A stretch of 64,000 nucleotides of DNA from Patescibacteria group bacterium (GCA_035479015.1 DATIJC010000020.1:4365-68364), one strand, 5' to 3'. Shown: positions 20,146 through 30,197, counted from the stretch's first letter. Notes: a model not told the origin generated them from the letters alone. Numbers and translations are program-made.

Positions 20146-21421
20146 GTAACTCCTTTTGGATCGATTCTTGCACTCTTTCTCTATCAACTCTGCCTGCTTT
20201 TTTAAATACCATGCCGATTATAAACCCTAGCACCTGCTGTTTGCCAGCTTTATAATCACTGACAGCCTTTGGATTCTCAGAAAGCACTGTCGCAATCACC
20301 TGGGACAATTTACTATCATCCATTTGCACCGTACTTTCAAGAGCTGCCATCTGTTCCAGTAGTATTTCTTTTGTATCACCTGTTATTTTCCCATTCACCA
20401 CCAAGTTAGCTACTCTTGCAGCACTACCTCCCAATTCTTCCATAACAGCCACTAGTTTTGGATTTTTGGCAATAATTTTTGCATCTGATTCTTTCAGTCC
20501 AAGCTCTTGTAAATGAGCGACAGTTTCCTGTGGAAGCCGCGGTAGAGCAGACATGATCCCCTCAACAAACTCTTTTGTGAAGTGTAATGGCGGTAGGTCT
20601 GGATCTGGGAAATAGCGATAGTCTTCCGCGGACTCTTTACTTCGCTGGGCAAATGTTTCACCCTTGGATTCGTTCCACCCACGTGTTTCTTGTCTCGGCA
20701 ATTCGCCTTTTCTCCGAATCTCTGATTGTCTCACTGTCTCAAAAGCAATTGCTCGTTCTATGTATCTGAAAGAGTTTAAGTTTTTGACCTCTACTTTATA
20801 TGGTGGTAAAGATTTATCAAAGGTTACGCTGATATTTGCTTCTAGGCGCATGGAACCCTTTTCCATGTCAGCGCTACTAACTTCTAGTGCTTTGATAATT
20901 TCAGCAATTTTTTTGGTATAGGCTTTGGCAGCCTCAGGAGAATGAATGTCAGGCTCACTAACTATCTCTACTAGTGGTACTCCAGAGCGGTTAAAGTCGA
21001 TCAAGGATTCATTATTTTGATGAAGTAATTTCCCTGTATCTTCTTCCAAATGAACGCGAGTAATCCGTACTGGACCAAATTCAGTATCTACGCTACCTTC
21101 GTAGCACAGCGGCTGATCATACTGGCTGATTTGATAGCCCTTTGGGAGATCCGGGTAAAAATAATGTTTGCGGTCAAATTTAGAAAACAAATTGATCTTG
21201 CACCCGAGAGCTAATCCAATCTTAATCGTCCACTCAATCGCCTTTTTATTCGCAACCGGTAGTGCTCCGGGCATCCCTAGACACACTGGACAGGTGTAGA
21301 TGTTAGGTTCTGGTGCAAAAAACGGATCATTCTTGCAGCCACAAAACATCTTGCTCTTTGTCGCAAGTTCGACGTGAATCTCAATCCCCACAACTGGTGT
21401 AAATGTACTTATTTTATCCAT
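20135..21421 (-). CDS. gatB: Asp/Glu-tRNA amidotransferase subunit B
   Basis: [48 protein letters not shown]. Start taken at ATG 21421. Confidence 0.98.
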   Translation of the reverse strand: MDKISTFTPVVGIEIHVELATKSKMFCGCKNDPFFAPEPNIYTCPVCLGMPGALPVANKKAIEWTIKIGLALGCKINLFSKFDRKHYFYPDLPKGYQISQYDQPLCYEGSVDTEFGPVRITRVHLEEDTGKLLHQNNESLIDFNRSGVPLVEIVSEPDIHSPEAAKAYTKKIAEIIKALEVSSADMEKGSMRLEANISVTFDKSLPPYKVEVKNLNSFRYIERAIAFETVRQSEIRRKGELPRQETRGWNESKGETFAQRSKESAEDYRYFPDPDLPPLHFTKEFVEGIMSALPRLPQETVAHLQELGLKESDAKIIAKNPKLVAVMEELGGSAARVANLVVNGKITGDTKEILLEQMAALESTVQMDDSKLSQVIATVLSENPKAVSDYKAGKQQVLGFIIGMVFKKAGRVDRERVQESIQKELHGQ

Positions 21422-22785
21422 GCGTTCCATTCTGTCGCTTGTTCATACGCGTAGGCGGCCTGGATCATGCGCTCTTCTTGCCACATGGGGGCAACAATGT
21501 TCAAACCAAGATACAAATTCGTTTTCTGATCGTGATACATTGGCACGTTTATTCCAGGTAAACCAGAAATAGAACTCGGTTCTACCAACATATCCGCCAA
21601 TTCTCCAAACATCGGGTTATCTCCGAGAGCGCCAATTTTTTGGGCAAACCCAGGCGATGTTGGTGAGATCAATAAATCGTATTTTTCAAACAGCTCGTTG
21701 TAGTTTTGAATGTACATTGAGCGAACTTGTTGCGCCTTCACATAGTACTTATCTGAATATCCTTTTGAAAGTGTGAAGGTTCCCAGCATGATGCGTCGTC
21801 TGGCTTCTTCGCCAAAGAACGAACGGTCATTGCCATAACGCACACCGTCATAGCGGGCTAAATTACTGCTCACTTCGCTGCGCTGTACCACTGTGTACAC
21901 AGCAATCGCTAGATCCGGTTTCATTGCCTTCGCAGTTTCTACTGTTGCGCCCAAGTTTTCAAATACTTTGCCGGCTTGCTGTAGCGCATTGGCAACTACT
22001 GTACCCTTAATTTTCTCATGTTCACTATAGAGAAGTCCGATACGCAACCCTTTCACCCCTTTTTTTATCTCCTTTGTAAAATCAGGAACGGGCAGCTTGG
22101 AAGTGGTCCCATCATATTTATCACTCCCAGCGATAATATTTAAAAGAATAGCCGTGTCATCTACTGTTTTTCCCATTGGCCCTGGGCTATCAAGTGACGA
22201 GCCCATCGCTACAACACCTGCACGGCTAACGCGTCCATACGTTGGCTTCAATCCGACGATCCCGCACCAACTAGCTGGTTGGCGTATAGATCCAGCCGTT
22301 TCTGAGCCAATGGCGGCGATACATAAATCTGCGGCTACCGCTGCAGCGCTCCCGCCAGAAGAGCCCCCTGGCAAATACTCAAGATTTCGGGGGTTTTTAG
22401 TCGGACCAAAGTCGGATGTCTCTGTACTGCTCCCGTGCGCCCAAGCGTCCATATTGGTTTTACCAATGATTGCTGCACCAGCCTCTTTTAGTTTCTTCGT
22501 GACAGTTGACTCGTATGGTGGTTTAAAATTTTCTAAAACTTTCGAACTCGCAGTCGTTACTAATCCCTTAGTCAAAAAGTTATCTTTAATTGCCAACGGT
22601 GCTCCTAACAAACTATTTGGATTTTGGAGTTTGGATTTTGGATTTTTGTTCCTCGCTAAATATATGTTTAGTTTTGGATTCTCTTGGTCAATCGCTTCGT
22701 TAATTTCAGCCAGTACGTCGTCCGGCGAAATTTCTCTTGCTTTCACTTTATCCAAATACTGTTTTAAGGTTAAATTTCTTAGCAT
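21409..22785 (-). CDS. gatA: Asp/Glu-tRNA amidotransferase subunit A
   Basis: Amidase signature [36 protein letters not shown]. Confidence 0.98.
   Translation of the reverse strand: MLRNLTLKQYLDKVKAREISPDDVLAEINEAIDQENPKLNIYLARNKNPKSKLQNPNSLLGAPLAIKDNFLTKGLVTTASSKVLENFKPPYESTVTKKLKEAGAAIIGKTNMDAWAHGSSTETSDFGPTKNPRNLEYLPGGSSGGSAAAVAADLCIAAIGSETAGSIRQPASWCGIVGLKPTYGRVSRAGVVAMGSSLDSPGPMGKTVDDTAILLNIIAGSDKYDGTTSKLPVPDFTKEIKKGVKGLRIGLLYSEHEKIKGTVVANALQQAGKVFENLGATVETAKAMKPDLAIAVYTVVQRSEVSSNLARYDGVRYGNDRSFFGEEARRRIMLGTFTLSKGYSDKYYVKAQQVRSMYIQNYNELFEKYDLLISPTSPGFAQKIGALGDNPMFGELADMLVEPSSISGLPGINVPMYHDQKTNLYLGLNIVAPMWQEERMIQAAYAYEQATEWNAWIK
22613..22647. repeat. 7-nt-period tandem tract inside gatA
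   Basis: CTATTTG GATTTTG GAGTTTG GATTTTG GATTTTT, encoding [12 protein letters not shown]. Confidence 0.8.
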
Positions 22786-22787
22786 AA

Positions 22788-23087
22788 CTACTCACCAATC
22801 AATTGCGGTACCACAAAATATCCATCGTGTTTATTTGATGCATTACTCAGCGCTTCCTCCTGTGTAAACATGCGCTCCTCGTCTACCTCATCTTCTCGCA
22901 ATACATTTTCCAAGCCAGTCACCTGATGTGTGGGCTCCACTCCGGATGTATCTACGTCCATGAGTTGGTCAACTACCTTGAGAGTCGTGACAAAACCCGA
23001 AGCTAATTTTTCCTCTTCAGCCTTCGTGACAGGTATGTTTGCGAGATTTGCAATGTGCGCGACAAGCTGCGCATTCATGACGGACAT
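22788..23087 (-). CDS. gatC: Asp/Glu-tRNA amidotransferase subunit C
   Basis: VAHIANLA, VDTSGVEPT, NVLRED, YFVVP. Upstream of gatA. Confidence 0.95.
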   Translation of the reverse strand: MSVMNAQLVAHIANLANIPVTKAEEEKLASGFVTTLKVVDQLMDVDTSGVEPTHQVTGLENVLREDEVDEERMFTQEEALSNASNKHDGYFVVPQLIGE

Positions 23088-23099
23088 ATGGGTTATATT

Positions 23100-24032
23100 C
23101 TACATCGATTTTAATCTTTTGATGCGGTCAGCAAGGGGTGGATGCGTAGAAAAAAGTCCAGAGAGAAATCCGACAGCACCATTGCCTTCAAACTTCATAT
23201 TTGGGGTGTCCAAATGAAATGGGCTGTGAATATACAGATGTGCCGTGGCTTTGTTAGCAGCTTCAAGAGGTTCACGGTCAGCGCCAAGCTTGGCAAGGGC
23301 CGACGCTAGTCCTGGTGGATACTTAGTCAGAGCCGCTCCGGAAGCATCAGCTAAGTATTCGCGCTCTCTAGAGATAGCTAGCTGGATCAAGGTTGCGATA
23401 ATTGGCGACAAAATAGCAAAGACAATTCCCAGGACAAAGAAAATCATCTGTGAATCTCCACCTTCGCGGTTGTTACGCCGTTTGCCCCCGCCAAAATAGG
23501 TAATGCGCAAAAACCAGTCACCAAGCAACGCGACCAATCCCACTAGGATCGAAACGATAGACATCAAGCGCGTGTCATAGTTTCTTACATGTGATAGCTC
23601 GTGAGCGATCACACCTTCAAGTTCTGTACGATCAAGACGAGAGAGAATTCCTGTTGTTGCACACAAAGCTGCGTGTTGTGGATCACGACCCGTAGCGAAT
23701 GCATTCATTGCGGTGTCGTCTATAACATAGAGCTTTGGCATTGGTAAACCTGCTGCCAAGCATAAGTTTTCAGTGACTGTATAGAACATGAAGTCGTGTT
23801 TGCGGTCAGCAGGACGTGCGCCTGAGATACCCAAAACTATTTGATCGGAAAAGTAATAACTGCCCAAAGACGTAGCTCCAGCGATGACCAGCGCAAAGCC
23901 TGAAATAGAGAGCGGATCATACCCCAAGCCTTGGGCCATGACGTATGCGACAGCAACCACGAACACCACAAACAAGATCATGATGATCCAGCTTTTACGT
24001 TTGTTCTGGTCAACCGCCTGATAAAAATTCAT
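23100..24032 (-). CDS. htpX: M48 zinc metalloprotease HtpX
   Basis: NAFATG, ELEGVIAHELSH, SREREYLAD, STHPP...RI. Confidence 0.95.
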   Translation of the reverse strand: MNFYQAVDQNKRKSWIIMILFVVFVVAVAYVMAQGLGYDPLSISGFALVIAGATSLGSYYFSDQIVLGISGARPADRKHDFMFYTVTENLCLAAGLPMPKLYVIDDTAMNAFATGRDPQHAALCATTGILSRLDRTELEGVIAHELSHVRNYDTRLMSIVSILVGLVALLGDWFLRITYFGGGKRRNNREGGDSQMIFFVLGIVFAILSPIIATLIQLAISREREYLADASGAALTKYPPGLASALAKLGADREPLEAANKATAHLYIHSPFHLDTPNMKFEGNGAVGFLSGLFSTHPPLADRIKRLKSM

Positions 24033-24811
24033 TACTTCCTCTTTCGTTTGCCTTCTTCTTTTATTTTATCTCCTCGCATGAGCGGCTGTATACTTTGTTC
24101 ATACTCAATAACAAAGTTGTCTACCTGGTTGCCAGAGAACCCTATTCTTGTATATTTTCCACAAATGTAGAGCCCGTTAAGTACTTGCCGTCGCTGTCCA
24201 CCTCTGATTATCCCTTGTTTAGGTATTTCTGAAACACCATATTCCCTAGCAATCCACCAAACAAACTCTTGAATCAGATAGAAGCAATATCCAACTTCTG
24301 AAATCTGCTTTTCTCTCACCTCAACGAGAACCTTAGACACGATTTTTTCATCATAAAAGTTTTGTTCATATGATATTTGGTGAACTATATCATCCGGGTC
24401 TCGAACTCTTCCTTCCTCACGATATATTTGTTGATCCAGATAGAACTTCACCAACAGATCAATATATGTTCGAATTTCATTCAAGTGATCAACTACTTCC
24501 TGATCCCTTACTTCTTCACCTTCTGTATTTAACAATTCATATAGCGCAACAATATTCTCATACGTATCAGAAACTTTGTTGAAATGCTCGAGATAACTTA
24601 GAGCATTTCTAGTTACAATATCAGCACATAAATTGCGAAATTCAGAAAGATTCTCAAAACCAATTTGTTTTGCGTATGTTTGAAAGTGTAAATATTCATC
24701 AAGTATTCGCCCATAACGTGTGCCAGAGATGCTATCGCTATACAAAGTAGCAAGTTGCTCAATTGACGCGACACGTTGATCAAACTCAACTTTAGAAATA
24801 TGGTTAGCCAT
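24032..24811 (-). CDS. Hypothetical protein between lemA and htpX
   Basis: 259-aa ORF with a TAATG stop/start overlap with htpX. Confidence 0.8.
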   Translation of the reverse strand: MANHISKVEFDQRVASIEQLATLYSDSISGTRYGRILDEYLHFQTYAKQIGFENLSEFRNLCADIVTRNALSYLEHFNKVSDTYENIVALYELLNTEGEEVRDQEVVDHLNEIRTYIDLLVKFYLDQQIYREEGRVRDPDDIVHQISYEQNFYDEKIVSKVLVEVREKQISEVGYCFYLIQEFVWWIAREYGVSEIPKQGIIRGGQRRQVLNGLYICGKYTRIGFSGNQVDNFVIEYEQSIQPLMRGDKIKEEGKRKRK

Positions 24812-24837
24812 GTCTACTCACTTATTTCGCCATAAAT

Positions 24838-25416
24838 CTACAAACTGACCTTAACATCATGTGTTTCTTCTTCCGAAACTTCCACGTGCGCCCCAGTAGA
24901 AGGAGTTGCAATCCCGGGTTTCTTAATAAAACCAAAAACGCTGCCAAAAATATTGCCTGGGAAGGTAACAAGTGACTGGTTGTATTGCTGAGTCAAGTCA
25001 ATCACAGAGCGCCTGGCATACATCAACTTATCTGCAGTATCGCGCAGCTCATTCATCAGATCACTGACAACCCTGTCAGCTTTAATCTCTGGGTTACTTT
25101 CAACAATGACCTGCAATTTGCTGGCCAAGCCGTTCATAGCGGATTCCACTTTATCCAAGGCCTTCCCACTCGTACCACCATCAGCAGCTTCCACCGCCTT
25201 ACGGGCATCCGTCAAGCTCGCAAAAATTCCTTTTTCGTGCTTCATGTAACCTTTGACGCTGGCTTCAAGATTGGGAATGAGTGAAGCTTGGCGCTTCAGT
25301 TGGTTGCCGATCTCTTGGATTGCGGCATCGATGCGCGTCGACGTAGTCTGAAATGAGTTGTAAACACTGGCGATATAGAGCAGTGCGACGACAACAATAA
25401 TGATTGGAATAAACAT
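24838..25416 (-). CDS. lemA: LemA family protein
   Basis: N-terminal TM, QLKRQASLIPNL, YMKHEK, ESNPEIKAD, FPGNI. Start moved to ATG 25416. Confidence 0.93.
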   Translation of the reverse strand: MFIPIIIVVVALLYIASVYNSFQTTSTRIDAAIQEIGNQLKRQASLIPNLEASVKGYMKHEKGIFASLTDARKAVEAADGGTSGKALDKVESAMNGLASKLQVIVESNPEIKADRVVSDLMNELRDTADKLMYARRSVIDLTQQYNQSLVTFPGNIFGSVFGFIKKPGIATPSTGAHVEVSEEETHDVKVSL

Positions 25417-25445
25417 AAAATACCCCCTGCATTTGATTATACGCT

Positions 25446-25467
25446 TCATCCCACGAAGGTGGGGACC
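25446..25467. repeat. Single degenerate REP-like arm, family A
   Basis: TCATCCCAC-GAAG-GTGGGGACC has the same TCAT-stem-GWAG-stem layout as the doublet arms. Confidence 0.55.
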
Positions 25468-25487
25468 CTTAGGTGTATAGTCATCAA

Positions 25488-25751
25488 ATGTCGACCGAAA
25501 CTGAATCTGTCATCGTGCATATTTCTTTAGAGCAAGCAGGGATTACTTTTGATAAATTATTTAAATCAAAACTGGGGAGAGAGTTTAACGGTAGTGAAGA
25601 TGATATTATGGCCGTGGTTCCAATGATTTTGCTTGAGTTAAGTTCGCCATATTCAAGTAACCCATTTTACTTACGCATTATCGGTGATAAAGCTGAGGTG
25701 CAGATATTGCACGTCTTGCCTGCGGGAGGAGACTCGAATGAATGGGATTGA
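25488..25751 (+). CDS. Hypothetical protein
   Basis: ORF with TATAGT 6 nt before ATG 25488. Confidence 0.6.
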   Translation: MSTETESVIVHISLEQAGITFDKLFKSKLGREFNGSEDDIMAVVPMILLELSSPYSSNPFYLRIIGDKAEVQILHVLPAGGDSNEWD

Positions 25752-25797
25752 CCGACTCATATTGAGACAGGGTATAAGTATATAAATAGAAAGAAAT

Positions 25798-26037
25798 ATG
25801 CCGACAGAGCTAATTGGAGAAAATAAAAGTGTTTCATTGCGGGATTTGCACGCCATCAAAATACCAAGCAAGAAAGAGATCGAGTTTGACAATGCCTGGT
25901 ACAAGAGAATTACGGCCAAACTTCAAGAATATTTTGCAGAGCAATTACAGGATGGAGGGCATGTCTCAAGTTGGGCTTTGAATCGAACCGAAGGGACACT
26001 AAGCGTCATCCTCGCCAGACCTAAGTCAAGAAAATAA
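25798..26037 (+). CDS. Hypothetical protein
   Basis: 79-aa ATG ORF with a purine-rich upstream region. Confidence 0.6.
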   Translation: MPTELIGENKSVSLRDLHAIKIPSKKEIEFDNAWYKRITAKLQEYFAEQLQDGGHVSSWALNRTEGTLSVILARPKSRK

Positions 26038-26170
26038 GGCGGGCGCACCCAGTATCGAACTCTTCGAACACTTATTCCTGGGCTACCGGGAAATATAATC
26101 CCCCCTCTCACTGTAAGGGGCAGGGCGAAATTTTCGCAACACTCCGTGGTGATAAACCCGAAGGATAAAC

Positions 26171-26584
26171 CTATTTTCGTTTGAATAAAGATTGGGCTCT
26201 ATGGTATAGCCAGACCCAGGGATATTGTTCTGCCTTTAGACGATTTAATTCTGCAACCGCATCTTGAATTTCTTCGTTGCTTAAAGGTCTTAATGATTTA
26301 TTTATTTCTTCATCTGTACTTCCGGCTTCCCTCATTTTTTGACGCACCTTGCTAGTCTCTTTTTTGTTAATTTCCAGTGCTTTTTGTAAATCTCGGTCGC
26401 CTTCCAAGTACGTCTGATACAGTTTGTTGATCTCTGCCGCTGAAACATCTTCTGTCAAGAGTTTAGCTGACAGCTCCTCTTTACCATGTTTCAAGAAATA
26501 CTTGGACACGACAACTCGTTTGTCTTCAAGCGAAATTGTAGAAATTGAAGGATCACCGCCTGGCTCATTTATTAACCCGCTCAT
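26171..26584 (-). CDS. Hypothetical helical protein
   Basis: 137-aa ORF, TACAAT 6 nt before the ATG. Confidence 0.75.
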   Translation of the reverse strand: MSGLINEPGGDPSISTISLEDKRVVVSKYFLKHGKEELSAKLLTEDVSAAEINKLYQTYLEGDRDLQKALEINKKETSKVRQKMREAGSTDEEINKSLRPLSNEEIQDAVAELNRLKAEQYPWVWLYHRAQSLFKRK

Positions 26585-26627
26585 TGCTACATTGTACAGA
26601 ATAATAGAAAATTTTCACTATTTATTG

Positions 26628-26702
26628 CGCTCCGGATCGGATTCGAACCGACGGTCTTCTCCGTGACAGGGAGACGTGTTAGGCCAGCTACACCACCGGA
26701 GC
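26628..26702 (-). tRNA. tRNA-Asp(GUC)
   Basis: Reverse complement: GCTCCGG/CCGGAGC acceptor, TCTCC-CT-GTC-AC-GGAGA, TTCGAAT T-loop, G73. Confidence 0.97.
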
Positions 26703-26747
26703 TCAAGATATATATTCTATCATGTGAAAATAGTATTTTCGGGCATT

Positions 26748-26773
26748 AAAAACCCGCTCCTTGCGGAAGCGGG
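26748..26773 (-). terminator. Intrinsic terminator for the 26792-27217 gene
   Basis: Minus strand CCCGCT...AGCGGG followed by T5. Confidence 0.7.
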
Positions 26774-26791
26774 CTTTCAAAAAACAAATGA

Positions 26792-27217
26792 TCAGCCCCA
26801 CGGTCCACTCTGCGGATTGCCGAGTGTGTGATTGACCATTTCCTGGCCCGTAATCAGAACCCCCTCGCCGGGACGTGTTTTCCATGGTCCCGAAAGGATC
26901 GGTCCGAATACGGAGACGCCGAACTTCCATCCGCTGCCGATTTTCTTCGGCACTTCCATCAAGACTGCACTGACACCAAACCTGTTGGCATGGGTCTTTG
27001 CAAGCGCCAAAGGCTTCAGGTATCCGCCTTTCCACATCTCAGCCCCGATAGTTTCACCGGGTTGAGAGTTGAAAACCAAAACCAATACCCTACTTCGCCA
27101 CAGCGTCAGATTGACGAAGAGTACCTTGCGGTACTCTTTTGGTGCCGGGATCAGCACCAAATTGGCGTAATGAACCTCTGGCTCAGTGTCTTTCACGTTC
27201 TTCTGTTGGCTACTCAT
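26792..27217 (-). CDS. Hypothetical protein in its own transcription unit
   Basis: AGGAGG 5 nt before the ATG, canonical promoter upstream, terminator downstream. Confidence 0.75.
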   Translation of the reverse strand: MSSQQKNVKDTEPEVHYANLVLIPAPKEYRKVLFVNLTLWRSRVLVLVFNSQPGETIGAEMWKGGYLKPLALAKTHANRFGVSAVLMEVPKKIGSGWKFGVSVFGPILSGPWKTRPGEGVLITGQEMVNHTLGNPQSGPWG

Positions 27218-27281
27218 CGTAGCCTCCTTTTTCTAGAGGACCCGCCGCGTGGAGCGGTGAGCCCTACGTAGCGAGGCGATT

Positions 27282-27310
27282 ATTATAAGCCTATAACTAT
27301 ATAAAGTCAA
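27282..27310 (-). promoter_or_regulatory. Sigma70-type promoter
   Basis: TTGACT-17 nt-TATAAT on the minus strand. Confidence 0.75.
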
Positions 27311-27340
27311 AACACCACATTTGGTATACTATCGCCGAAT

Positions 27341-27640
27341 ATGACAAATAATAGAAAAGAGACCTCCAGAGTTGTAGCTAAAATTCTGCCAATTAATCCA
27401 CTCGATCAGGATGCCGCCAAAGATCTGCATATGAAACCAGATCCAAAGGGTCTGCGTCTGAGATGGTCACAACCGCTGCATAAACCACTTTTCGTTGAGC
27501 GATTTGACCCTGATGTTGAGGATGACTCACTAAGGGTAAAAGTCGGTGTCAGTGAGAAAGTTCAAGACTATATTGCCACCTTTGGTAAAGAATCAAACAC
27601 AGCACACGCAATGCTGGTTCGCTTACGCAGACGCACATAA
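27341..27640 (+). CDS. Hypothetical protein
   Basis: 99-aa ORF, TATACT 10 nt before the ATG. Confidence 0.65.
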   Translation: MTNNRKETSRVVAKILPINPLDQDAAKDLHMKPDPKGLRLRWSQPLHKPLFVERFDPDVEDDSLRVKVGVSEKVQDYIATFGKESNTAHAMLVRLRRRT

Positions 27641-27748
27641 TTCAGATAACATTCGTCTTTCATTCAAACTCCCCCTTGACTCTTTCTGTATTTATTCGTA
27701 GTGTGTGTATCAACATTCGGGTCCTAGAGTATATAGAAAGAGGATACT

Positions 27749-28342
27749 ATGCCAAAAAAACAGCCTAGCTTCACTGAAAAACTGCAGCAATATGAAACGG
27801 AGATCAGTAGTCTTCTTGGAATGCTTGTCGTCCTCGTCCTCGCGGGCGCCATTTTCTTTTTCATCAAGCGTTCAGTCCCTACCCCTCAGGTATCACCCAA
27901 TGATCAAGCCAGTCAAATTGAAGATCTTATGAAGCAACAGCAAGCCGAATCCTCAAACACGTACACCGTCAAACGTGGACAAGGCCTTTCACAAGTAGCC
28001 AAAGAGGTGTACCACGATGGTAAGAAGTGGACGCTGATTGCCGAGGCGAACAATTTGAAAGCTCCGTATGTCTTGGAAGCTGGACAGAAGTTAAATGTGC
28101 CAGACGCGCCAGGAGCAACTGCTGCACCTACTTCTGAACCCGAGAAAGGAGAGGAAACAGAGCCCGTTGGAAAATCTGATACCACCACATATACCGTGCA
28201 AAAGAATGATAACCTGTGGGAAATCGCTGTCGCGCAATATAAAGATGGGTACAAGTGGACAAAGATCTATGCAGCCAACAAGAACTTGATCGGCAAGAAC
28301 CCTGGGATTATCAACGCAGGACAGGTACTAACGCTCCCATAA
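27749..28342 (+). CDS. Membrane-anchored protein with two LysM domains
   Basis: TM helix, YTVKRGQGLSQVA...AGQKLNVP and YTVQKNDNLWEIA...AGQVLTLP. Confidence 0.93.
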   Translation: MPKKQPSFTEKLQQYETEISSLLGMLVVLVLAGAIFFFIKRSVPTPQVSPNDQASQIEDLMKQQQAESSNTYTVKRGQGLSQVAKEVYHDGKKWTLIAEANNLKAPYVLEAGQKLNVPDAPGATAAPTSEPEKGEETEPVGKSDTTTYTVQKNDNLWEIAVAQYKDGYKWTKIYAANKNLIGKNPGIINAGQVLTLP

Positions 28343-28363
28343 TTATTAATTTTGAAATAATCC

Positions 28364-28393
28364 AAGGGCATCTATATCAAAAGGTGCCCTTTT
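28364..28393 (+). terminator. Intrinsic terminator after the LysM gene
   Basis: AAGGGCATCT...AGGTGCCCTTTT hairpin. Confidence 0.65.
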
Positions 28394-28410
28394 GGTATAG
28401 TAATTAAATT

Positions 28411-28677
28411 ATGGCAAATGAAACATTAAATATCATTGATGCTGCAAAACAAGCGAGAGATGATAAGAAATTAACACCTGAGGGCTTCCTGACAATCTTA
28501 CAAGCTGTTCAACAAAGAAGTGAAGATGTACTCTCTCAAACCGAATCTAGTTACCCGGATACCGCAAACTCATACGAAGCTCTAGCGCTACTCGAAATAA
28601 TAATTGATCTAGAAACGTATGCTGGAGTACCAAATAACTTCTACATGCATAAGGTAGCATTGCCTCATGATTTATAA
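28411..28677 (+). CDS. Hypothetical protein
   Basis: 88-aa ORF, TATAGT 9 nt before the ATG. Confidence 0.65.
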   Translation: MANETLNIIDAAKQARDDKKLTPEGFLTILQAVQQRSEDVLSQTESSYPDTANSYEALALLEIIIDLETYAGVPNNFYMHKVALPHDL

Positions 28678-28700
28678 GTTCTGGTAGAATATCCACAATA

Positions 28701-28771
28701 GCGGGATTAGTTTACCGGTAAAATATCTCCTTCCCAAGGAGAAGTAAGGGGTTCAATTCCCCTATCCCGCT
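28701..28771 (+). tRNA. tRNA-Gly(CCC)
   Basis: GCGGGAT/ATCCCGC acceptor, TCTCC-TT-CCC-AA-GGAGA, AGGGG-TTCAATT-CCCCT, U73. Confidence 0.95.
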
Positions 28772-28806
28772 CTTGCCTTTCTTCTTCGGGTATAATGCAT
28801 CCCAAT

Positions 28807-29748
28807 ATGGGACAAGAGCGGATAATGCTTCGAAAAGCTTCTCGGTTATTAGGTCTTCGCGCAGATCGAGTTCTTGCAGCCGCCCAAGAAATTTCAGAGG
28901 AAGATCCCACAGTCACTATCGAAATGATTGGAAACGGAACATATCTGCCGCACGCCCTGCTCGAACGAATTCGCAAACACTTGGGGTTACTAAATGAAGA
29001 GGAAGAGCGGGAACTACGCGATACTGGGTACATGACAGTACAAGAAACAGCAGATTTTCTGGGAATACATCATGCGGTCGTTTGTGATTTTCTCAAGGTT
29101 GTGTGTCCAAATTGGAGGACCTCGCACCCGTATATTAGAAGTGGAAAAGCATGGATGAGCTTGCTTTCTACAGACACAGTCCAAAAAGTGACTAGATACC
29201 GCAAGCTTTCAGAAGAACGACAAGTACTTGGAAACTGGAGATGGCAAAAACGTCACCGAACCAATCACGTCAATGTGCGCGACATTGACCTAAACCCAGA
29301 TTCTGATCCTACATTAAAAAAAGCCTTTGAAGGCAGTGTAAGCGACCTACGATACCATTTTAGATCTGGCACTTTACAGAGAATATCCGACTCGCTCCAA
29401 GTATACAAAGACAAGCAGAGAATCGCCCAGACCATACTTCAAAACTCAGATATTATCCCCTTGGAAGAAGCCGACATAGAAATGCTGTCTAACATTGTTG
29501 AATCGACCGCACTTTCCCGAGATCTCATTATCATCAGTCTTTTACCTGTTCTTGTCGATCGCGTAGAACGACGAAACATTGATGATACTAAGAGAAATAT
29601 ATTGATTGCGCAAGGCTACAAGTATCTTCATGAAGAAATTTCAAATTTCACGGATTATGATATTCTCCAAGAAAATTTGGAACGATTTCTCCTGCTCTAT
29701 ATGTTCGACGTCACCAAAAATGTCTTTCAAAAATTGAATAACCTATGA
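28807..29748 (+). CDS. Hypothetical protein with HTH-like segments
   Basis: YMTVQETADFLGI resembles an Xis/MerR-type HTH. The ATG at 28795 overlaps a TATAAT box, so 28807 is preferred. Confidence 0.7.
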   Translation: MGQERIMLRKASRLLGLRADRVLAAAQEISEEDPTVTIEMIGNGTYLPHALLERIRKHLGLLNEEEERELRDTGYMTVQETADFLGIHHAVVCDFLKVVCPNWRTSHPYIRSGKAWMSLLSTDTVQKVTRYRKLSEERQVLGNWRWQKRHRTNHVNVRDIDLNPDSDPTLKKAFEGSVSDLRYHFRSGTLQRISDSLQVYKDKQRIAQTILQNSDIIPLEEADIEMLSNIVESTALSRDLIIISLLPVLVDRVERRNIDDTKRNILIAQGYKYLHEEISNFTDYDILQENLERFLLLYMFDVTKNVFQKLNNL

Positions 29749-30197
29749 CGGATCTCCAATCTACCCTCATTTTTGTCTATGGTCTCGCAAATTTCATACT
29801 TTTTATACGTGGATTTCACGAAACCAAAAATAAGAAAAATGCGTATGGCTTGACACCTTGGTTACTGCCGGTGGGAATGTTCGCCTGGGCAGATTCAATA
29901 TCAATTGGTATATTCTGGACACTGACTTCATTCATCGCACTATTTCGTGATGATTGGATATTATTTCTACTTATAGTTTCCCTATTTTGGGCTGTGCGCG
30001 CTTTTGGAGAGATGACTTATTGGTTTCACCAGCAGTTTTCATCAAAGAACCTCAATCCCATCGAGAAAATTCCTTGGCATAGCATTTTTCATGACGATTC
30101 GGTGTGGTTTTTTGTACAAACTATTTGGCAATGCATTTTGGTGACGACGCTCATTACTTCTGTGTACCTAGCACATCTTTGGTTACGCGGTAAATGA
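29745..30197 (+). CDS. Hypothetical integral membrane protein
   Basis: Several hydrophobic aromatic-rich segments, ATGA overlap with the upstream gene. Confidence 0.75.
   Translation: MTDLQSTLIFVYGLANFILFIRGFHETKNKKNAYGLTPWLLPVGMFAWADSISIGIFWTLTSFIALFRDDWILFLLIVSLFWAVRAFGEMTYWFHQQFSSKNLNPIEKIPWHSIFHDDSVWFFVQTIWQCILVTTLITSVYLAHLWLRGK

Noticed and set aside
26038-26062. tRNA fragment or att site (GTTCGATACTGGGTGCGCCCGCC on the minus strand)
   Set aside because: The T-stem does not pair locally and the sequence does not match the 3' end of nearby tRNA-Asp.
26115-26165. FMN or ykkC riboswitch resemblance (GGGGCAGGGCGAAATT, ACAC...AAACCCG)
   Set aside because: Core conserved segments are missing and no gene lies downstream on that strand. 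Kept only as an unassigned structured element.
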